From the IMG/VR virus record IMGVR_UViG_3300012344_000011, positions 32,001 to 96,000 of that record: DNA of 64,000 nucleotides. One strand, written 5' to 3'. The stretch is from a virus. Taxonomy: Duplodnaviria; Caudoviricetes. A program made the position numbers and the translations under genes. This document shows, one piece after another, positions 32,261 to 47,695 of the stretch. Numbering within the stretch: position 1 is the stretch's first letter; every line of letters begins with the position of its first letter. Below the pieces are notes generated by a model. The model worked only from the letters and a program-made list of their open reading frames with translations. It was not told the DNA's origin and did no database searches.

Positions 32261-33125
32261 TAGCAAACACCTCCTTTTCTAATGATTCTACTGGGATATT
32301 ATCAACAACACAAGAGAATTGTGTAACATCCGATAAAGCACTTTTCAAAAAGCTAAATACTCCAGTTGCATTAGAACTATTTGACATATTCCCATCAATA
32401 TTATTTCAAGAAAGTGTATATAATAAAGAAATACTATATTTATTCAAAAAATCTGTTACTTCTTCTTTTATTGATTGACCGTTCCGCAAAAGAGTACATA
32501 CTATAGTGATAGTACCATCATCATCTTTGACAAAGCTTCCTTCGTTGCAAACAATATCCACACTATATATACCTTGCGGCACAGTCGCAATATTTATTGT
32601 ATTTGTAGCAACTAATTCTTTATAGTCTTTTGAATTATAAATATTGCATAAAATAGAGTCAACATCTGCGGTATAAGAAAAATTCAATGTTCCGTCCTCT
32701 TGAAGTAAATTTCCTAAGTCTTCGTTCAGTCTAAAAGATGTTCCATTCTTTATACCAAAAATAACAACATAATAACTGACTGAATCTGTCGCTAACTGTC
32801 CATCTTTATATAATTTGATAGAAACAGTTTTCTTTTCTTCTCCTTGACTTAAACTTAACACATATACTGGTTTTTCTATTTTTACAGAGAAGCCTTCTGG
32901 TGTTTGCTCAAGAATAGAAGCACTTTTTAAACTTTTCACAAGAGCTGTATAACCATTCTTAGTTTCTGTCAAACTCGTTTGTATATCTTCTAATTGAGAA
33001 TTTAATTCAGCGATAATTTTATTTTGAGAATTAACAGTTGCTTCTAAATCTTGTTTTATAGATGCGCCAGCGATCGGCCGCACTTCACCATTAAGATTGA
33101 TATAAGAAATCTCTCCTGTCGCCAA
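32253..33125 (-). CDS. Tail-region protein (290 aa), 1 TGA
   Basis: TTG start after AAGGAG; reads through TGA 32406 to TAG 32253, overlapping the next start. Confidence 0.75.
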
Positions 33126-33143
33126 AATATCACTCTCCTTTAC

Positions 33144-33181
33144 AAAAAAATAAAGGCGGCTAGGAATAAACCTAACCGCCT
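33144..33181 (-). terminator. Intrinsic terminator-like hairpin
   Basis: AGGCGGTTAGG / CCTAGCCGCCT stem plus T tract on the - strand. Confidence 0.7.
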
Positions 33182-33251
33182 ATCTCATTTTAATCATATT
33201 CCTAATTATATTATAAAAAAGAAATAATATAATTATACAAAATTGTCAAAA

Positions 33252-36200
33252 CTATATTCTTCTAGTTGCTTTCGCCGCAGTAATAGACATTTGCTGATTG
33301 ACCGCAAGTGGCAAAGAAATAGTTTTTATTTCATACTTTCCAATAATCCCAGATACAGGTTCTCTAATTTCTACCAAAGTATTTGGCTTTAGATAGAAAA
33401 TAGGTTTAGCAAGAGACATATTTATTTGTTCTTGATAATCTGTATGCGTCATCAGATTATATCTCAAAGTATCATAAGCACCCTTGCTTCCACCGCCAGT
33501 TGAGAAATGAGAATAAATATCACTATTAACTCTTAATGGACTACTATAGCCGTTCGCTTTTAGTAATTCTTCTTCCTCTTGGATGCGGATTCTTTCATCT
33601 TCGTCAACGCTATTTGATACAAAAACAAAACCGAAATCAGGAGGATCTTGCGCAAATAAACAGTTCACTTCATCATCTTTTACAACGATTCTACGGCAGC
33701 CTATATTAGACACACTATATTCCCCCCATTTACTGGTAGACGCATCAAGTATATCTAAGAAATAAGAACCTACAATTCTATTATCAACATATCCTGTGTT
33801 AATAATAAGAGTATCATTTTCATTTTCTGTTTTTCCTTGCGATAAAACCGCACCATCTTTATCTTCTGCAACAAGCTCTACACTTTCTCCATCAATATTT
33901 TTATAAGAAATAACGCTAGAACTTAGACTATTTAGTACAACTTGATCATTAGAATAATAATCATCACTTGTTTTGGTTGCTGTCTTAAAAATTTGTTTCT
34001 TGAGATCATAAATCACAGGCCAATTTGCTAACAGCTCTGCGTAATATTGACTTTGTTCATTACCAACAAAACCACTCTGTAATCCTTCAAGAATGATTTC
34101 TGTTCTTCAATCTTTTGGAATATAGGCATCTAATTCAGTTTGTTGGACTATTGGATTAGCTTCATCTACTGGGAGCTGTTCCATAAGTTTTTTATATGGA
34201 CCTGTGTACCAAGTTGAGTTACAGTTCATAGAAGCTCTGTTTTCATTAGTAGTCTGCTTCATAATTGGAGCAATATTGTCTTTTAAGAAATCAATATAAT
34301 CATATCCGCCCTTCTTATTATCCCCGTCTCCATTATGATAATAATAATGTGTTCATTCAACATCAACAAATTGTTTTTTATTCATGTCCCAGATATAAAA
34401 TTCAGGTTGTTGAACAAAGTAAGTATCTTGAATATAATAAAAATTTGTTCCAGGAACTATTTCAATATTTTCTGCTACACCTATTTTTTCTAACATTTTA
34501 TATCTATCGTATAGCATAGCTAAAAGTAAATCTCTTTGCTGGATAAGACACTCTTTTATTTTTTGTCTTTCTGTCTTAGCTGCTCCAGCTTCATAAAATT
34601 TATCAATATATTTATTTATATATTCAATATATTTTCTAAGTTTTGATAGTGTTTCTTTTACCAAATTAGAAAAATTTCTGTATCCGTCTAAAGTAATTTG
34701 ATGGGTAGGAACAATATAAATATGATCAAAACTGTCTAAACATTTAGATAAATCAACTTGATTCCAATATATGTCTCCAATAGAAGAGGTGAAAGAAGAC
34801 TCATATTCACTATATTTCTTTTTATCAATAATATATAAAACAACTTTATAAGACTCTTTTAGTTCTTGACTCAAAGAAGTATTCTCAATTTGACCAGTTA
34901 ATTTATTAATAAAAGATTCTTCCCACGTAGGGCTTCCATTGAAAAACCTTATTGGATTGCTTATATTGTTTTTATAAAGTTCTAAGAAGAAAGCCTTTAT
35001 TGTTTCTACCAATAAGGTTTCTTTTGAAGCATAAGGATTATCTATAAAAGTATCAATATCACTTCTAATAGATTTTAGTTCACTAGAGCTTGCGGGAGTG
35101 AGGCTATCATATATTGTAGTATTATCTTCTACTGTTATTGATTCTTTGATAGCTCCATCTGCATTTCTAAAGTCAGCAGAAGAGCTTGCTTTTCTTGTTA
35201 CCTTAAGTTCTTTATTAACATCAAGCCTGCCATAGATAACACCAATGTCTCCAACGATTGGAAGTGTTTCAGTGCTTGTTAAGATTTGCGGCGCAGCTAA
35301 AGTATAATTATTAGTAACCGTATCTTTATAAACAAGTATATTTGAATACCCTTTTTCATTTAGTCGCGGTTTATTATCAATTGCAAAATGATAAATAATA
35401 TTGCCGCCATTATTACCACTCTTACCAATTATAACATAATCATTTTTTATATTCTGATATTGAGGAGAGACTGAAAAACTAGTTATATTAGAAGAATCAC
35501 TAAATAAATAAACAACGTCTCCACCAACAGGATCATAAGAATAATCTTCGTCTGAAAAATTTTTTGTCCATTCATAAGTAGACTTAGAAGTATTCAAATA
35601 ATTTTTTATTTCTTGAAAATGAAAAACACCAAACTCATCATAGAAATATTCATAGTTACCTAGCCACTGCTTCAAGGTATCTAGTAATTGCGTGACAGTG
35701 CTACCTGCGTCTAAAGTAAGTTCTTTATCATAAACAAAATCTTCATAAACATATCCTACGTCATATCCACTTTTGAAGCATCTTCCACCATATCTTCCTG
35801 GATTGACTGTCGCTAAATCATCTTGGCGCCGCACTTCATATTGTCTCTCAACTTGATTATTGATAATTACGTCTTGCCAAATTATCCATAAAGGAGTAGA
35901 ATCGCTTCATTTCAAGGCTCGTCTAGCTTTTTCAGGAACGTCATCAACCAAAATATTTGAATATTGTTCACCACCGAAATGATTCACCGCCTCTTGGATA
36001 ATTTGTCTAACAGGAACTTTCTTTTCAACTTGTTGTCCTTTTACAATATCTAGAGTTTGATCAAATCTTGTTGTAGCAGGTAGCATTCCTCCAATAGTAC
36101 CATCTAATAATGAAATTTTATCTTTCAATTTTATAGAAATACTTAGTGCACCAGTGCTAGCAGCTGACATAGAAAATTCAGTTATAATCATTACCCCTTG

Positions 36201-36536
36201 CGGAAACCATAAGATAGGATAATCTTTATAGTTGCCAGTATCGTTCTTTACACCAATTTCTAGGAAAATTTTTTTCCCAATAGAATAGTCAGCTTTTGTT
36301 GTATACATATCATACTCAAAGCCATTTACAGTACAATTCAAAGAACAACTAACGCGGGCAGCGGATGAGCCGTCTTTTGATAACGACCCACCCGTAATAA
36401 CGCCTTCTAAATTTTTTATTTTCTTTTCTGTCTGAAAATCTAATAAAGTAATTTTTACATATCTCTCTTGGAGAAAAATTTTATCAATTTCTTTCAAGAA
36501 ATCTTTATCTTGTAAATATGGATAATGTACTATCAT
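33252..36536 (-). CDS. Tail/baseplate hub-like protein (~1094 aa), 3 TGA
   Basis: Three track ORFs in one frame; TGA at 35907, 34353 and 34107 (KDWRTE). ILWFPQG, GNYEYFYD and PIFYLKPN motifs are typical of phage tail proteins. Confidence 0.8.
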
Positions 36537-39500
36537 TTCCATTCCCCTCCTTGTAAATTCCAAGAGAAACAAGATTGTTATAGTTACAATCTGCAATTTC
36601 ATACATTGTTGCAGAGAACTCATATAATCTTCTGCTAAGCCGCGCTTCCGCGGATAGAGAAACATTGTTTAAGATAACGACTAGGTTACCCTCAGTTCCA
36701 CTTCTAAATAGTTTAGGTTGACCATCATTTAGCCAAGCTAAAACCTGCTCTCTAAATTCTCTTTCAATTGCCCATCTATCTTCCATAGGAACAACATTAT
36801 AGTCAAGATGTTTAGCAGCGTCGTCAAGTGAAATATAAGGATAATGCGGCGAGTGGTCCTCTTTTGTGCAATTGTTTATTTTTGAAATTAGTGTTTTGCA
36901 GTATCCTTCTCCTAGTAAATCACTAATAGATAAGAATTTATTTGATAAGTTATCGTCAAAAGAAATTAGTCCAGTAATACCAATTTGTTTATATTTTAGA
37001 GTTCCATTTTTAGTAAACACTGGATATTTACCACCAATTGTTTCAACCATTGATCGTCCGACTTTACTTGTAAAGTTGTTTATCTTGAAGTTATAACTTA
37101 GTTTCAAAATTCTATTTCCTCTAAGCAAAGTAGCATTATAAAAATTATTTGAAACATTATTTATCTGCTTTACTTCGCCCGCTTCTTGCGCTCCAGAAGA
37201 AAGTTGAACAGCATATGTATAATCAATACCACTTTTTAGAATAGGATCAAAGAAATAATAGTCTTGATTTCCATCCTCTTTCTTAGGAACAATAGATCTT
37301 TTGTTCACTTTCAACCATGTGCTATAATTATCTTCAGAGCTTGCTTTGAAAACATCAAAGCTAATAGTTTTATTCTCATCTATCAAATTAGAACCATTGA
37401 TAGAAACTCTTAAAGTATTGTAGCCATATTCTTCTTCAACTTCATCTATTGAAAATCCATTAACGAATAATTCATTGAAACCAGCATTGTTTGACGGATG
37501 ATAATAATCATTGATATGAATTTGATCTACTTGTTCACCAGAGTACCCATTCTTTGTTGTGTATCTCCAACGAACAGAACAATCTGAATTAGGAAGTCCG
37601 TCTTTTGTAAAATCAAAATACTGCATTAGTCCATTGACTTTATATCCAGACAAAAGATTGTCTTTAGGATTTTTATCAGCGTCACCCGCAAGAACAACTT
37701 TATTATTTTTCAATATATCAATAGTAAAACTTTCTACATAATCATCAACTTCATTTTCGTTGATGGTCTTTCCAGTGAGAATGTCATAGAAAGTTAGTTT
37801 GCCACCAATGAAACTATTTATTTTAGGTCCAAAACCATCTGAAGGAAAGCTAGTAATTACGCGGCAAGGTGGAATTGGTTTGATAAGTGTAGCACTTGAC
37901 CATTCACTAAAATTATCTCTACTTGAAACCAAATATTTATTCAATTCTTCTATATCTGTTAGAGTTGAAAATTGATCATTTGTAAGAACAGTCGCGTCAA
38001 ATCTTAATTGAATTTTATAAAGCTTATGTTGGAATTGCTTATCGACAATTTTATTTACTGGTAAAGTAACAGTGCCAATATAAGTATTTTCATCAAAGCT
38101 AGTGTTCTCCCAGGGAACAAGAAGAACCTTCGCTCCATCCACAAGAACAGACTCGTTGGTTAGTTGATCAACAACAGACATTTGAATATACTTGATATTT
38201 TTTATTTTATCATCATTATATTCTGGCATAGTATATTCAATCACAGCATCTTCATTCCATATATTAGACTTTTGATATGTCTCAACTAAAGGAGGATATA
38301 ACTTATCGTGTTCTGCTGCATTATTATTTTCCCAAACAGCATAAAGAACTAAATCTTCATTTTTTGTATATTCTTTTGCACCGTCAGCATATTTATAGAA
38401 TGTTCCTTCTCCATATAGATTTGTTGTCCATCCTAAGAAAGTATACCCAAGTCTCTTGGGAATTTCTTTATCTTTATTAAAAATTGTATAGGTTTCATTT
38501 CTGTTCTTGAGATCAACTAGTGTTGTAAGACCATATCCACCATTTAGTATATATGTGATAGTGTTTACTTGTTTTTCCCAAATTGGGTAAAAGATTATAT
38601 TTTTATTAGTACCTTCGTCAAGTTGAATTTTTTGGCTACTATCTAGTGGAATCAAAAACTTCTTATCAGTATTGTCACTCTCTCTCAAATTATTAGTAAT
38701 CCAACCTGTGAAAACATAGCCCTCTTTTGTTGCCCAATCTTCGGGGAGAGTTGTTCTTATTGCATAAACAGTGCCAGTGTGTTTTTTGTCAGTTACAGAC
38801 TTTGCGGAGCTGCTTCTATTTTCTCTATAAGTAATATTGAATCCAACGTGTTCAAGTATTAGAGGAATTTCTTGTAAGAAAGCACTATAGTTTTCTGTCT
38901 CAGGCTGAGATGCAATTATTGTAATTTCTTTAGAATCTGTAGAAGTTGAGCCTGCTGGATGTGGATTATTCCATATACATCTAATCTCATTTAGATTATA
39001 AGTATTTTGCGTAGATCCAAGAACTTTTTCAATAGAGATATTTTCTTTGTCATTATTCTCTTCTGTGTCATCATTCTTGGCTGCAAAAGTTAGTTTATCA
39101 ATGTCTCCTACATATGTAAAAAAGAAAGTTTCTTCACACGGATTATTACTACAAGGAATAACCCACCTACTTTGATTTAGAGTTAGTGAAGGCTGTTTCT
39201 TTACAACATTTACACGGTAAACAATTGACTTGTGAGTTGGATCGTTGTCAGGAATATCATTTCTACTTATATAGTTACCATTTGGGTCTTCAGGAATTTT
39301 AATTTTTAAGTAGTGATTGTCTCCAAGTTTTCTTCCAAGTATATAAAATTTCTTTTCGTTAGTAATACCTCCAAGTTTATATTCTATATACTTGTCTTGC
39401 GATCAAGTGGTTTCTCCTTTTTCATTTATTTCTTTTGTAACGAGTCCTATCCGATCTATTTTAACAGGAGAATCTAAAAGATATTTGAAACTTACCCAAT

Positions 39501-41244
39501 TTTCTTCAGTACCTAAACTAATCGGAACAGTTAGTCTATTTTTATCATCTAAACGTCCGCTTGTTTCATCTGTATTATCAATACGAAAGTTTGGATCTTT
39601 AATTCCAGTATATTTTGCAACTAACTTAATATTTGATTCTGTAAAGAAATATTCATCTACATCTCAGCATAAGCAAGGTTTTCCAGCAATACTGGCTTTC
39701 TTTGATACACAAACTTCACTATCACCATTTTTATAATAGAAACCATTGAACTTATATCCCTTTTTATAAACATCATCAAATGTAATAGCTTGTCCATTAG
39801 CTTGGATCTCTGTATCTTTGCCACCAAAGCACCAGGTGCTATCTCCATTAGGAGGATTTTTTTGTAAATTCAAAAGTTCTTCAGGCTTTACGTTTGAATA
39901 AGTCTCAGGAAGTTTATATCCTTTGAGTCCATAAAAGAGAGTGCACTTACGATCATTCTTTTGTTCATCATATAATGGAGTACCATTATCTTTATAAAAA
40001 GAAATAGTAATTTTTATTGGTTCAAATAATGCGGAGAAAGTAAGTTCTGTAGAACCAACTTTTCCAGGCTCATTACATTTTTTTAACTCTTCACTAAAAG
40101 TTCCAAAGCCTTTTAGTGCAATAGATTTGTTTGTAGCATTAGGATCAAACCACCAAGGATCAAAAAAATTCCTCTTTATTTCTGGTTTGACATTTGTCCA
40201 GCCTTCTCCATTTTCAAGTTTTTCCGCAAGAAAACCCTCACCTTTACTATAAACATTATTATAAAAATTCTTTGCTATCGTTTTATCATATGGGGGAGTA
40301 AAAGGAAGACGAGGATCTATTTCTTTTTTCTTACCTTCTGGTGCGTGAGCAGGAGCAACATCAGTAAACATACCTGCTCCATAAGAATAGACTCTTCAAC
40401 CAACTAAATTATGTCCAGGTTTTCTATAAATATTTCCTCTACAAATATAGATATTATTTTCAGGATGGTCTTTATTTGTGTCCCAATATGAGTCTTGAAC
40501 AGGATATTCTTTGTTTGCAGTTAAATTTTCCCAGCTTGACGTTTCTTTTACACGATAATCAATGATGCCAGAAGATTTTGTATTATATTTTAGTCCAAAA
40601 GTCCAGTTGAAATCTATATTATCTATTTTTTCTTCTTTTTGTGCACCGTAATAAACTTCCATCCCAGTTCAATCTATGTGCAATAATAAAACACCAAGTT
40701 CAGAATAATCTTTTAATGCTTCTTCTGTTCAGCCTTCGTGATACTTGTTCTTAATAGTATTAACTACTCTAGAATATTCTCTCTGATAAAAGCCATCAAC
40801 AATATTCCACCCACTATAACTATTTGCACCAATATAATCTCCACTCCAAGGAACATCACCTTTTACTGAATCAAAAATTTCAGTACCTCTTCTATCATTA
40901 TACCGATGAAATAATTTATCTTCATAGTCTGGATCATAAGATAATACTTCATTTAGCATTCCAGTATCCGCTTGAGAATAAAATTTATTATATCTATAAA
41001 TTCTTAAATTGACGGATATTTTTTTCTTAGATAAATAGGTACAATTCCAAGTAACTTTTATCTTTATAAGATCATCTTTATCTTTTTCTGTTTCTGAAGA
41101 TAATACTCATTTATATTCCGGACTCGCATTTGGTTGTCGTTTGCAGCCAATTATAATGCTATTATCTTTGGAAAGGGTATAATGACCCTTTCCAATATCA
41201 TCAAGTATTCTTTCTTTTGGATCTAACTCTGTTTGATCTGCCAA
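36505..41244 (-). CDS. Large tail protein with Listeria/Bacteroides (InlB B-type) repeats (~1579 aa), 6 TGA
   Basis: TTG 41244 after AGGAGGT; TGA at 41107, 40729, 40669, 40396, 39664, 39403. KEGYVFTGW and RLGYTFLGW...LYAVW repeats; TIGGKYP and LFRSGTEGN motifs. Confidence 0.8.
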
Positions 41245-41258
41245 TTCAATACCTCCTT

Positions 41259-44200
41259 TTAACTCTCTGTTTTCACTAAATTGATCAATTTAGTAATTTG
41301 TTCTTTTGTCAAACTGCTAAAAAGACTATCCATTTTAGATAACAGTTCAACATCAAAAACAAAATGATAATTTTCAACTGTAAATTTTATTTGATTCTGT
41401 TCAATATCAATTCCAGTCCAGGTAGGAGGAATTGGTGAAAGTTGATCTATTATTTTGTTGGTGTTGAATAGAGAAAGCTTTATTTCTTTGCCACTCAATA
41501 AGTGTAAAGCATTTTCTTCATTCTTCCCACCAGTAATATAAGTTGTGCCTTCATTTCCAAATATTTTTCCAATAGCAACTTGATCTGAATCAATCTCAAT
41601 ACCATTGCCATAAAAATAATTGAATGCAGAAATTGGTCCAATTTTACTCAAAGTCTTTTTCTGTGAGGCACCACTTGTATAAAAGCGTCCTTTTTCATCT
41701 AGACCAACTTTTATATATTCTTTACTTGCACTATATTCAGAAAATTCGCTTAAAAGAATTTCTTTAGTTCCAGTTATTTTTGAATAATCAAAACCTCTTA
41801 AATATTTTACATAAGTTAGTTCTTCACTATCTAGCTTTTCTAAATCAATTACAGGAATAACTGTTTTATTTTTTAAGTCCTCATACTTATAAATCTTTAA
41901 GCTTGGAATTTTATTTCCATTCAAAAAAGTTTCTGTAATAGGTTCTGCTTGAATCGTTCCAAGAGAACCATAAGTGCAGCATAGAGTGTCTGCATCTTGC
42001 GGGACTGACGTATAAGAATTTCCAGGCATGTCTATAACTATTTTTAAAAGAGTATCATTCAAAGGTTTAAAATAATAATCAGTAATTATGTATTGCGGGT
42101 TTGCTGAAAATTTTAAAGATTCAACCGTTGCCGCATTATCATAAAAAACAAAATTCCAATTATAACCTGCATTAGCATAATTTTGTGTGCTAAACTCAAC
42201 TGTTTCAATACCGCCTGCTGCGACTTGACAAATTTGAGAATTTTTTACTACTTGATTATTTACTACACAGTAGCCAACAACAGAGAAGCTCTTTGTTGGA
42301 CTAGTATTTGTAATAATCATTCTCTGTCCGCCAAAAGATATTTTGTATTGTAAACCATTATCTTTATTGGCGTAGAGTATAGATTTTCTAAAATCACCAT
42401 ACTGACCAACTTCTTGATAGTTCAATATTTCTGAAAGTATTTCTGGTAAAATAGTATCTCTATAGATTTTTCCTTTTATGCAATAAGCACATTTATATTT
42501 ATAAGAATAATTTTCTGAGAAGAGTGGCTGAATATAAAGTCCTATAGTCTTATCTTTTGGAATTGTTTTTCCACCACTAAAAACAATTTGATTGATTGGA
42601 CCATCTGATAGCTTGTAAACTTTTGATGTAACTAAAAGCTCAGAAGGCTCTTTTTCAGTTGGTTCGGTCATCAAAGAAAATTCAAAATTTATATCACTAA
42701 TCAGAGAAGAAATAGTAAGCGGTTGAGAAATAGTAAGTTCCGTTGTTTCATCTGACAAACTAAACTTGTATAATAAAATTTGTTTATTATTATTATTTGC
42801 TTCCCAAGTTTTTGGTGTATTACTTTCAGCATAACCTATTTTACAATCAAAGAAGTTATCTGTATTTTCTGCTTTTATTGTAGAAACAAGGCTAGAACCA
42901 TCTTCACTCGTTTCAGAATAAGTTACATTCTCAGTACCTTCAATAGTATAGTTTGATAAAGTAACTTCACCAGTTAGATGATTCAATGAAATTGTTGGAG
43001 AAGGAGCAGTTCATTGTTCACTTTCTGCTTTGATAATTTTTGCACCATCTTCGCCAAAAGAATTTATAGTATCATTTTTTATAACAAAATTCTTGTTGGT
43101 ATAATATGGTACATAATTATTTTCAGAGCCTTTCTTGATTCTATAAACAACAAAAACTCTATTACTTTCACCTTTGTCATTTCCATTTTCATCTGTATCA
43201 TTTGGCTCATAAAGTTTATTAATATCAAAGTTACCATAAGCAACTTTCTTAACACCATCAGAGGTTTTCATATAAGTGCCGCAATATAAACCATCCATAT
43301 CATCAGCATCAATACTATCAGTATATTGAACAATCGAGAAAAGAGATTTATTATTTGGGTCAAGCTTCAATTCTAAACTATCTCCAATAGCAATAGGATC
43401 ATAGCCATCTGCGGTTCTATGATTAATCGTACTAAGATATTTTGCATCAATTGGTTGTCCTTTGATATGAATATAAGGATTATTTGAACTCAAGATAATG
43501 CCGCAATCTTCATTTGCTATTGACATTCTTTTCTTATTGTCAGAGAATCGTGAATCAGAATCTTCTTTAAGATGTAATACACCAGAAGTTGTATTGTATA
43601 ATAAATTCTCACCTATATGCCAATTTGCAATAGTGCTAGTTCCATTTGGAATCAACTCAATTTTAGCACCATCACGAGTACCAAGAATTGTATTGCCAGT
43701 TTTAGCATCCATAAAAATTGATTGCTTACCTTTACTGAAACCCATCAAGCCAATTTTATCTTCTTTTTCTGAATCACTTGATAAAGTTCCCATAACCAAA
43801 CCAGTAAAAGTATTCGTTACATCATCTTTTTTACCAGCACCTATTTGCGGCGATAGTATATATCCACCATCTTCATTAATATCTATTCCAACTCCATCTC
43901 AACCATTGATAGAAGCTAAAGAATAAACATTAGAAGTGAAACAAATTGGAACAACAAGCTCCGCAATTTGTTCATTTTTATCATCTAAGATTTTTATACT
44001 GATATTATTATTTGAATAATTAGCATCAAAAATTTCGTTAGGAATAACGTATATTTCTGATATAACCTCTTCATTATTTTCTTCTTTGAAAAACTGTGAT
44101 AATACTCCAATATCAGCTAAACCTAAGTTATATTGCTCAGTTTTTTCTATGAAATAGAAAGCACAATTCTTAATCAATACATCGTGCTCGTTTAATAGTT

Positions 44201-47200
44201 CTAATAAAGACTTTTCTTTTTCATCATCTTTTTTTAACTGACTTTTTATATTTTCTATCTTTGCTCGATAATAATCTAACTGTTGTTTTACAATAGGATA
44301 ATTATTCTCATTATCGTTATTCTCTTCTACTATTCCATTAAATTTTTCAAAAAGTTCTGTGCAAAGAAAATAACTTTTTATTTTTTCTATAACAACTTTT
44401 TCTCCATAAGCAAGTTCATCCTTACCAATGTTGACAGCTAACAGAGAAGTCTGTCCATTATTGATATATTTTCTTAGTTGATCTATACTATCAACACTTG
44501 CCCTGTTATAAGAAATACCTAATTTACCTATATATTCAGAGCTTTCTTTATAGCTTGTCATCGTAGTAGAAAATTGATTTCTAATATTCTGTAATATATT
44601 ATTTATTTTTTCAATTTCATTATATTCTGTCTCAATTTCATTTATCAAATCATTATATTGATTGTATATATCTGAAACAGAAATGTTTGACCATTTGAAA
44701 GCATTTTGTAAATAGAACTCTTGATATATCTTCTGAAGAAGGTCTCTTACAGTAGAAATCAAATCAGAAATATTTTTCTTTGAAGACAATAATTCTTTGA
44801 ATTGTTCATTTATTCTTTCACAATTTTGACTATCATCTTTCGCGATAATATTCTTGATACTGTTAATAAAATTATTGGCATTCTCTGCAATGTTGTCTAA
44901 TTGAAGTTTTGTCCCGCCTTGTTTGCTATTTTTTGTAAAAGATATAGTAAAGTTTGGTCTTAAATAGCTTCCAGATTCTATTGGACCACTTTCAACGCTC
45001 CAAATAATTTTACTATTATTGAATAAATTTTTATTCATTTTTAGCGCAACTCCAATAGAACTGTTGAATTGCGGGTTAGCATTGTCCGCATCATAAATAA
45101 TATAATTTAGTGTTTTAGAATTTACTAAATTGATTGGAGTACTCGAATAATTATAACCAAGGGAATATTTCAAAACAGGAATATTATAATAATTATAATA
45201 TTTCTTTCCATCAAATTTTATTTCACCTTTTACTGTTTGATAATTATAGAAAGCTCCACTTGCATTGTTCTTTGTAATTGCACCGGTTTCTTTCTTAATA
45301 TCAAATTCTTTTACAGTTTGCGGCGAACCTTTTCCAAGAAAAGACCAAGTTTTAGAAAAATTCTCTGAAATGGGCTGAGTGTTTTGATATAAAGACATTT
45401 TTAGTGAAGTAAAATCAATAGAAGCATTTACATATAAACCATTGTTATCTTTTATATTCCATATGTCGCCATCTTCTTGTTCGATGAAGCATAATTTGTT
45501 ATCATCTTCAGGAGAAAAGATTGGACTAATTTTTGCAACAAAGTTTGTTCCATTTGTGCCAGGCTCACCAACTTTGCCAAAATAAAAATTAGTATCAGCT
45601 TTATAAATACTATCTTTGTAAACTACTGTTGCAGTAATAACATTGTCAGTAGCTTCCATGTCATATTTTTCTTCAATTTGAAGAGGAAGAATTTTTCCAT
45701 AGAATCTATTTTCATTTATGTTGTAGTCTGGTTTTTTGATCAAGCTTTTTCCTTGCGGCAGCTCCCAATAGTAAGTGACATCATCTAGAGACATTGGCTC
45801 ATTAGTAGTAGGATCTCTAAATTCAATTTCAAGATTCTTTATTTCGAGTGGAGTCTTTTTCTTATCACTCGCGGGAGACATACCATTTTCATCATATTGA
45901 AAAACTTGATTTCCATTCTTAATAAAGACATAAGAATTTATTGATAGATTTGCCAAATTATTTGTTAGTGTAATTGAAGCAGAACCCCGCAAGCTATCAT
46001 TCCTATAAACTTGACAACAATATTCTACATTTTCAGGTTTGACTTTTAAAATATTTCCATTTACACCTTTTATAAAACTAATTCCTTCTACCTGAGAAAT
46101 TAGTCTTGCATAATCTGCTCTAATAAGACTTTTATCTGAAACAGTTGTAGCTGCATCTAATTTAACTTTTTGTTCATTTTCTAGCTCTTCTTTTGTTTTT
46201 TCTAAGAGACAATATTCACCATTATCGTCTCTCTTGGACCACACAAAACTAAATTCTGTGTCAGAGACATTATCTTCAAAAGAAGAGTCTTTGTCATTAA
46301 TATAACAAGTCAGTATTGGAGAACCATTACTTATATAGAAATTAGTGCCTTGACTACTTTTAATAGTAATATTATAACTATTAAAATTATTATAAACATT
46401 TATTGTATTAGCAATAGCTTTATTTTCATCGCAGACACAAACACACTTAATAGTATTTGTATTACTCTTACAATCATCAATGTTTAGAATAATTGTTTTT
46501 TCTTCTTGATTAATTTTTCTATAACCAGAGCCAAGCCGCCCATTATAATCTACACTCTTGGAATTTATAGATACATCATTGATTCCCCAAATATATTGAT
46601 TACAATTAGTTTCTTTATGATCTTTGAAAACATTTGCGGTCAATGTAATTTTATCATCTATTTTTTCAAAGGAATTTCCATTAGGAGAAGTAATTGAAAC
46701 ACAATATCCATCTTGATCAGAAGTCATCTTTGATAAAGCATATAATTCTAAATTATTGAATTTGACATATCCATAATCATCTTTTGTATCTTTTGTTACA
46801 AATCCAGAAGTATAAAGTAAAATACTTTGAATATAATTGAACTTAACACCTTCAAAATTAAAAATTGCATATTGAGAAGAGCCATTATAGAATTTCATTG
46901 GATTACCAAGCATCTTTTCAGTGTTTAGAATATATGAAACATTAGATGTATTTTCTCCAATAGAGACATTCATAGTAATGATAATACCATAATCACCACT
47001 TGCGTTTGTTGCTAGATTTGTTAAGAAATTTGCTTTTATCAAAATAGAATCTGCATCATTCAAATTGTTTGTAAAAGACTTTTCATCTACGTCTACCCAA
47101 ATAGGATTAGTATCTTCTTCGTCTCTATCTTTTTTATAACAAAAATTATAATTAGAAACTTTGTTACAATATAAAATTGAAGGGAAAGCAGTATAACTTC

Positions 47201-47573
47201 TATTGTCTGCGTCACTTCAAGTTTCTTTATTTATAATTATATTTCCACCAACTTTAGTATAATTTGATAGAATATTTGCGTTTGTTCGCTCTTCTTCTTG
47301 ATCAAGAGGTGCAATCTCAGCTAAACCGAGGATATATTTTACATTATCAAAATTACCTTGCGGGACTTGCACATAAACAAGATCGCCAATATTATATTTT
47401 TCAGAATTATTACTATAAGCTGCGATTTGTCCGCCATTATAAGAAGCTGTATATTGATTGTCGCTTTGAACAGAAACAATTGATGCTTTGACCGTTTTAT
47501 CACTGTTTGTGCCAGAGCTGTTTTCGCTAATAATTGACATAGCTTTTAATAGTGCTCCTGTATAATCTGCCAT
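41259..47573 (-). CDS. Large tail protein (~2104 aa), 3 TGA
   Basis: Four track ORFs in one frame joined by TGA at 47217, 43899 (SINGWDG) and 43011. Confidence 0.82.
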
Positions 47574-47661
47574 TAAATCACCCCTTTTATCTCCTATAAT
47601 TTTTTATATTTCTCTATATAATTAAAAAACAAATTATACTAATTACTGTCTTTCGCCCAAT

Positions 47662-47690
47662 AAAAAAGGAGGACTCATAAGAGTCCTCCT
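47662..47690 (-). terminator. Intrinsic terminator after the tape measure gene
   Basis: AGGAGGACTC-4 nt-GAGTCCTCCT plus T run. Confidence 0.85.
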
Positions 47691-47695
47691 AGATT

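Noticed and set aside
26323-33125. Diversity-generating retroelement or invertible fibre cassette
   Set aside because: No reverse transcriptase, recombinase, or template/variable repeat pair was seen by eye in this window.
33221-33249. SigA promoter from TTGACA at 33244-33249
   Set aside because: No -10 box at 16-18 nt spacing; it fits the N9-TAATT motif better.
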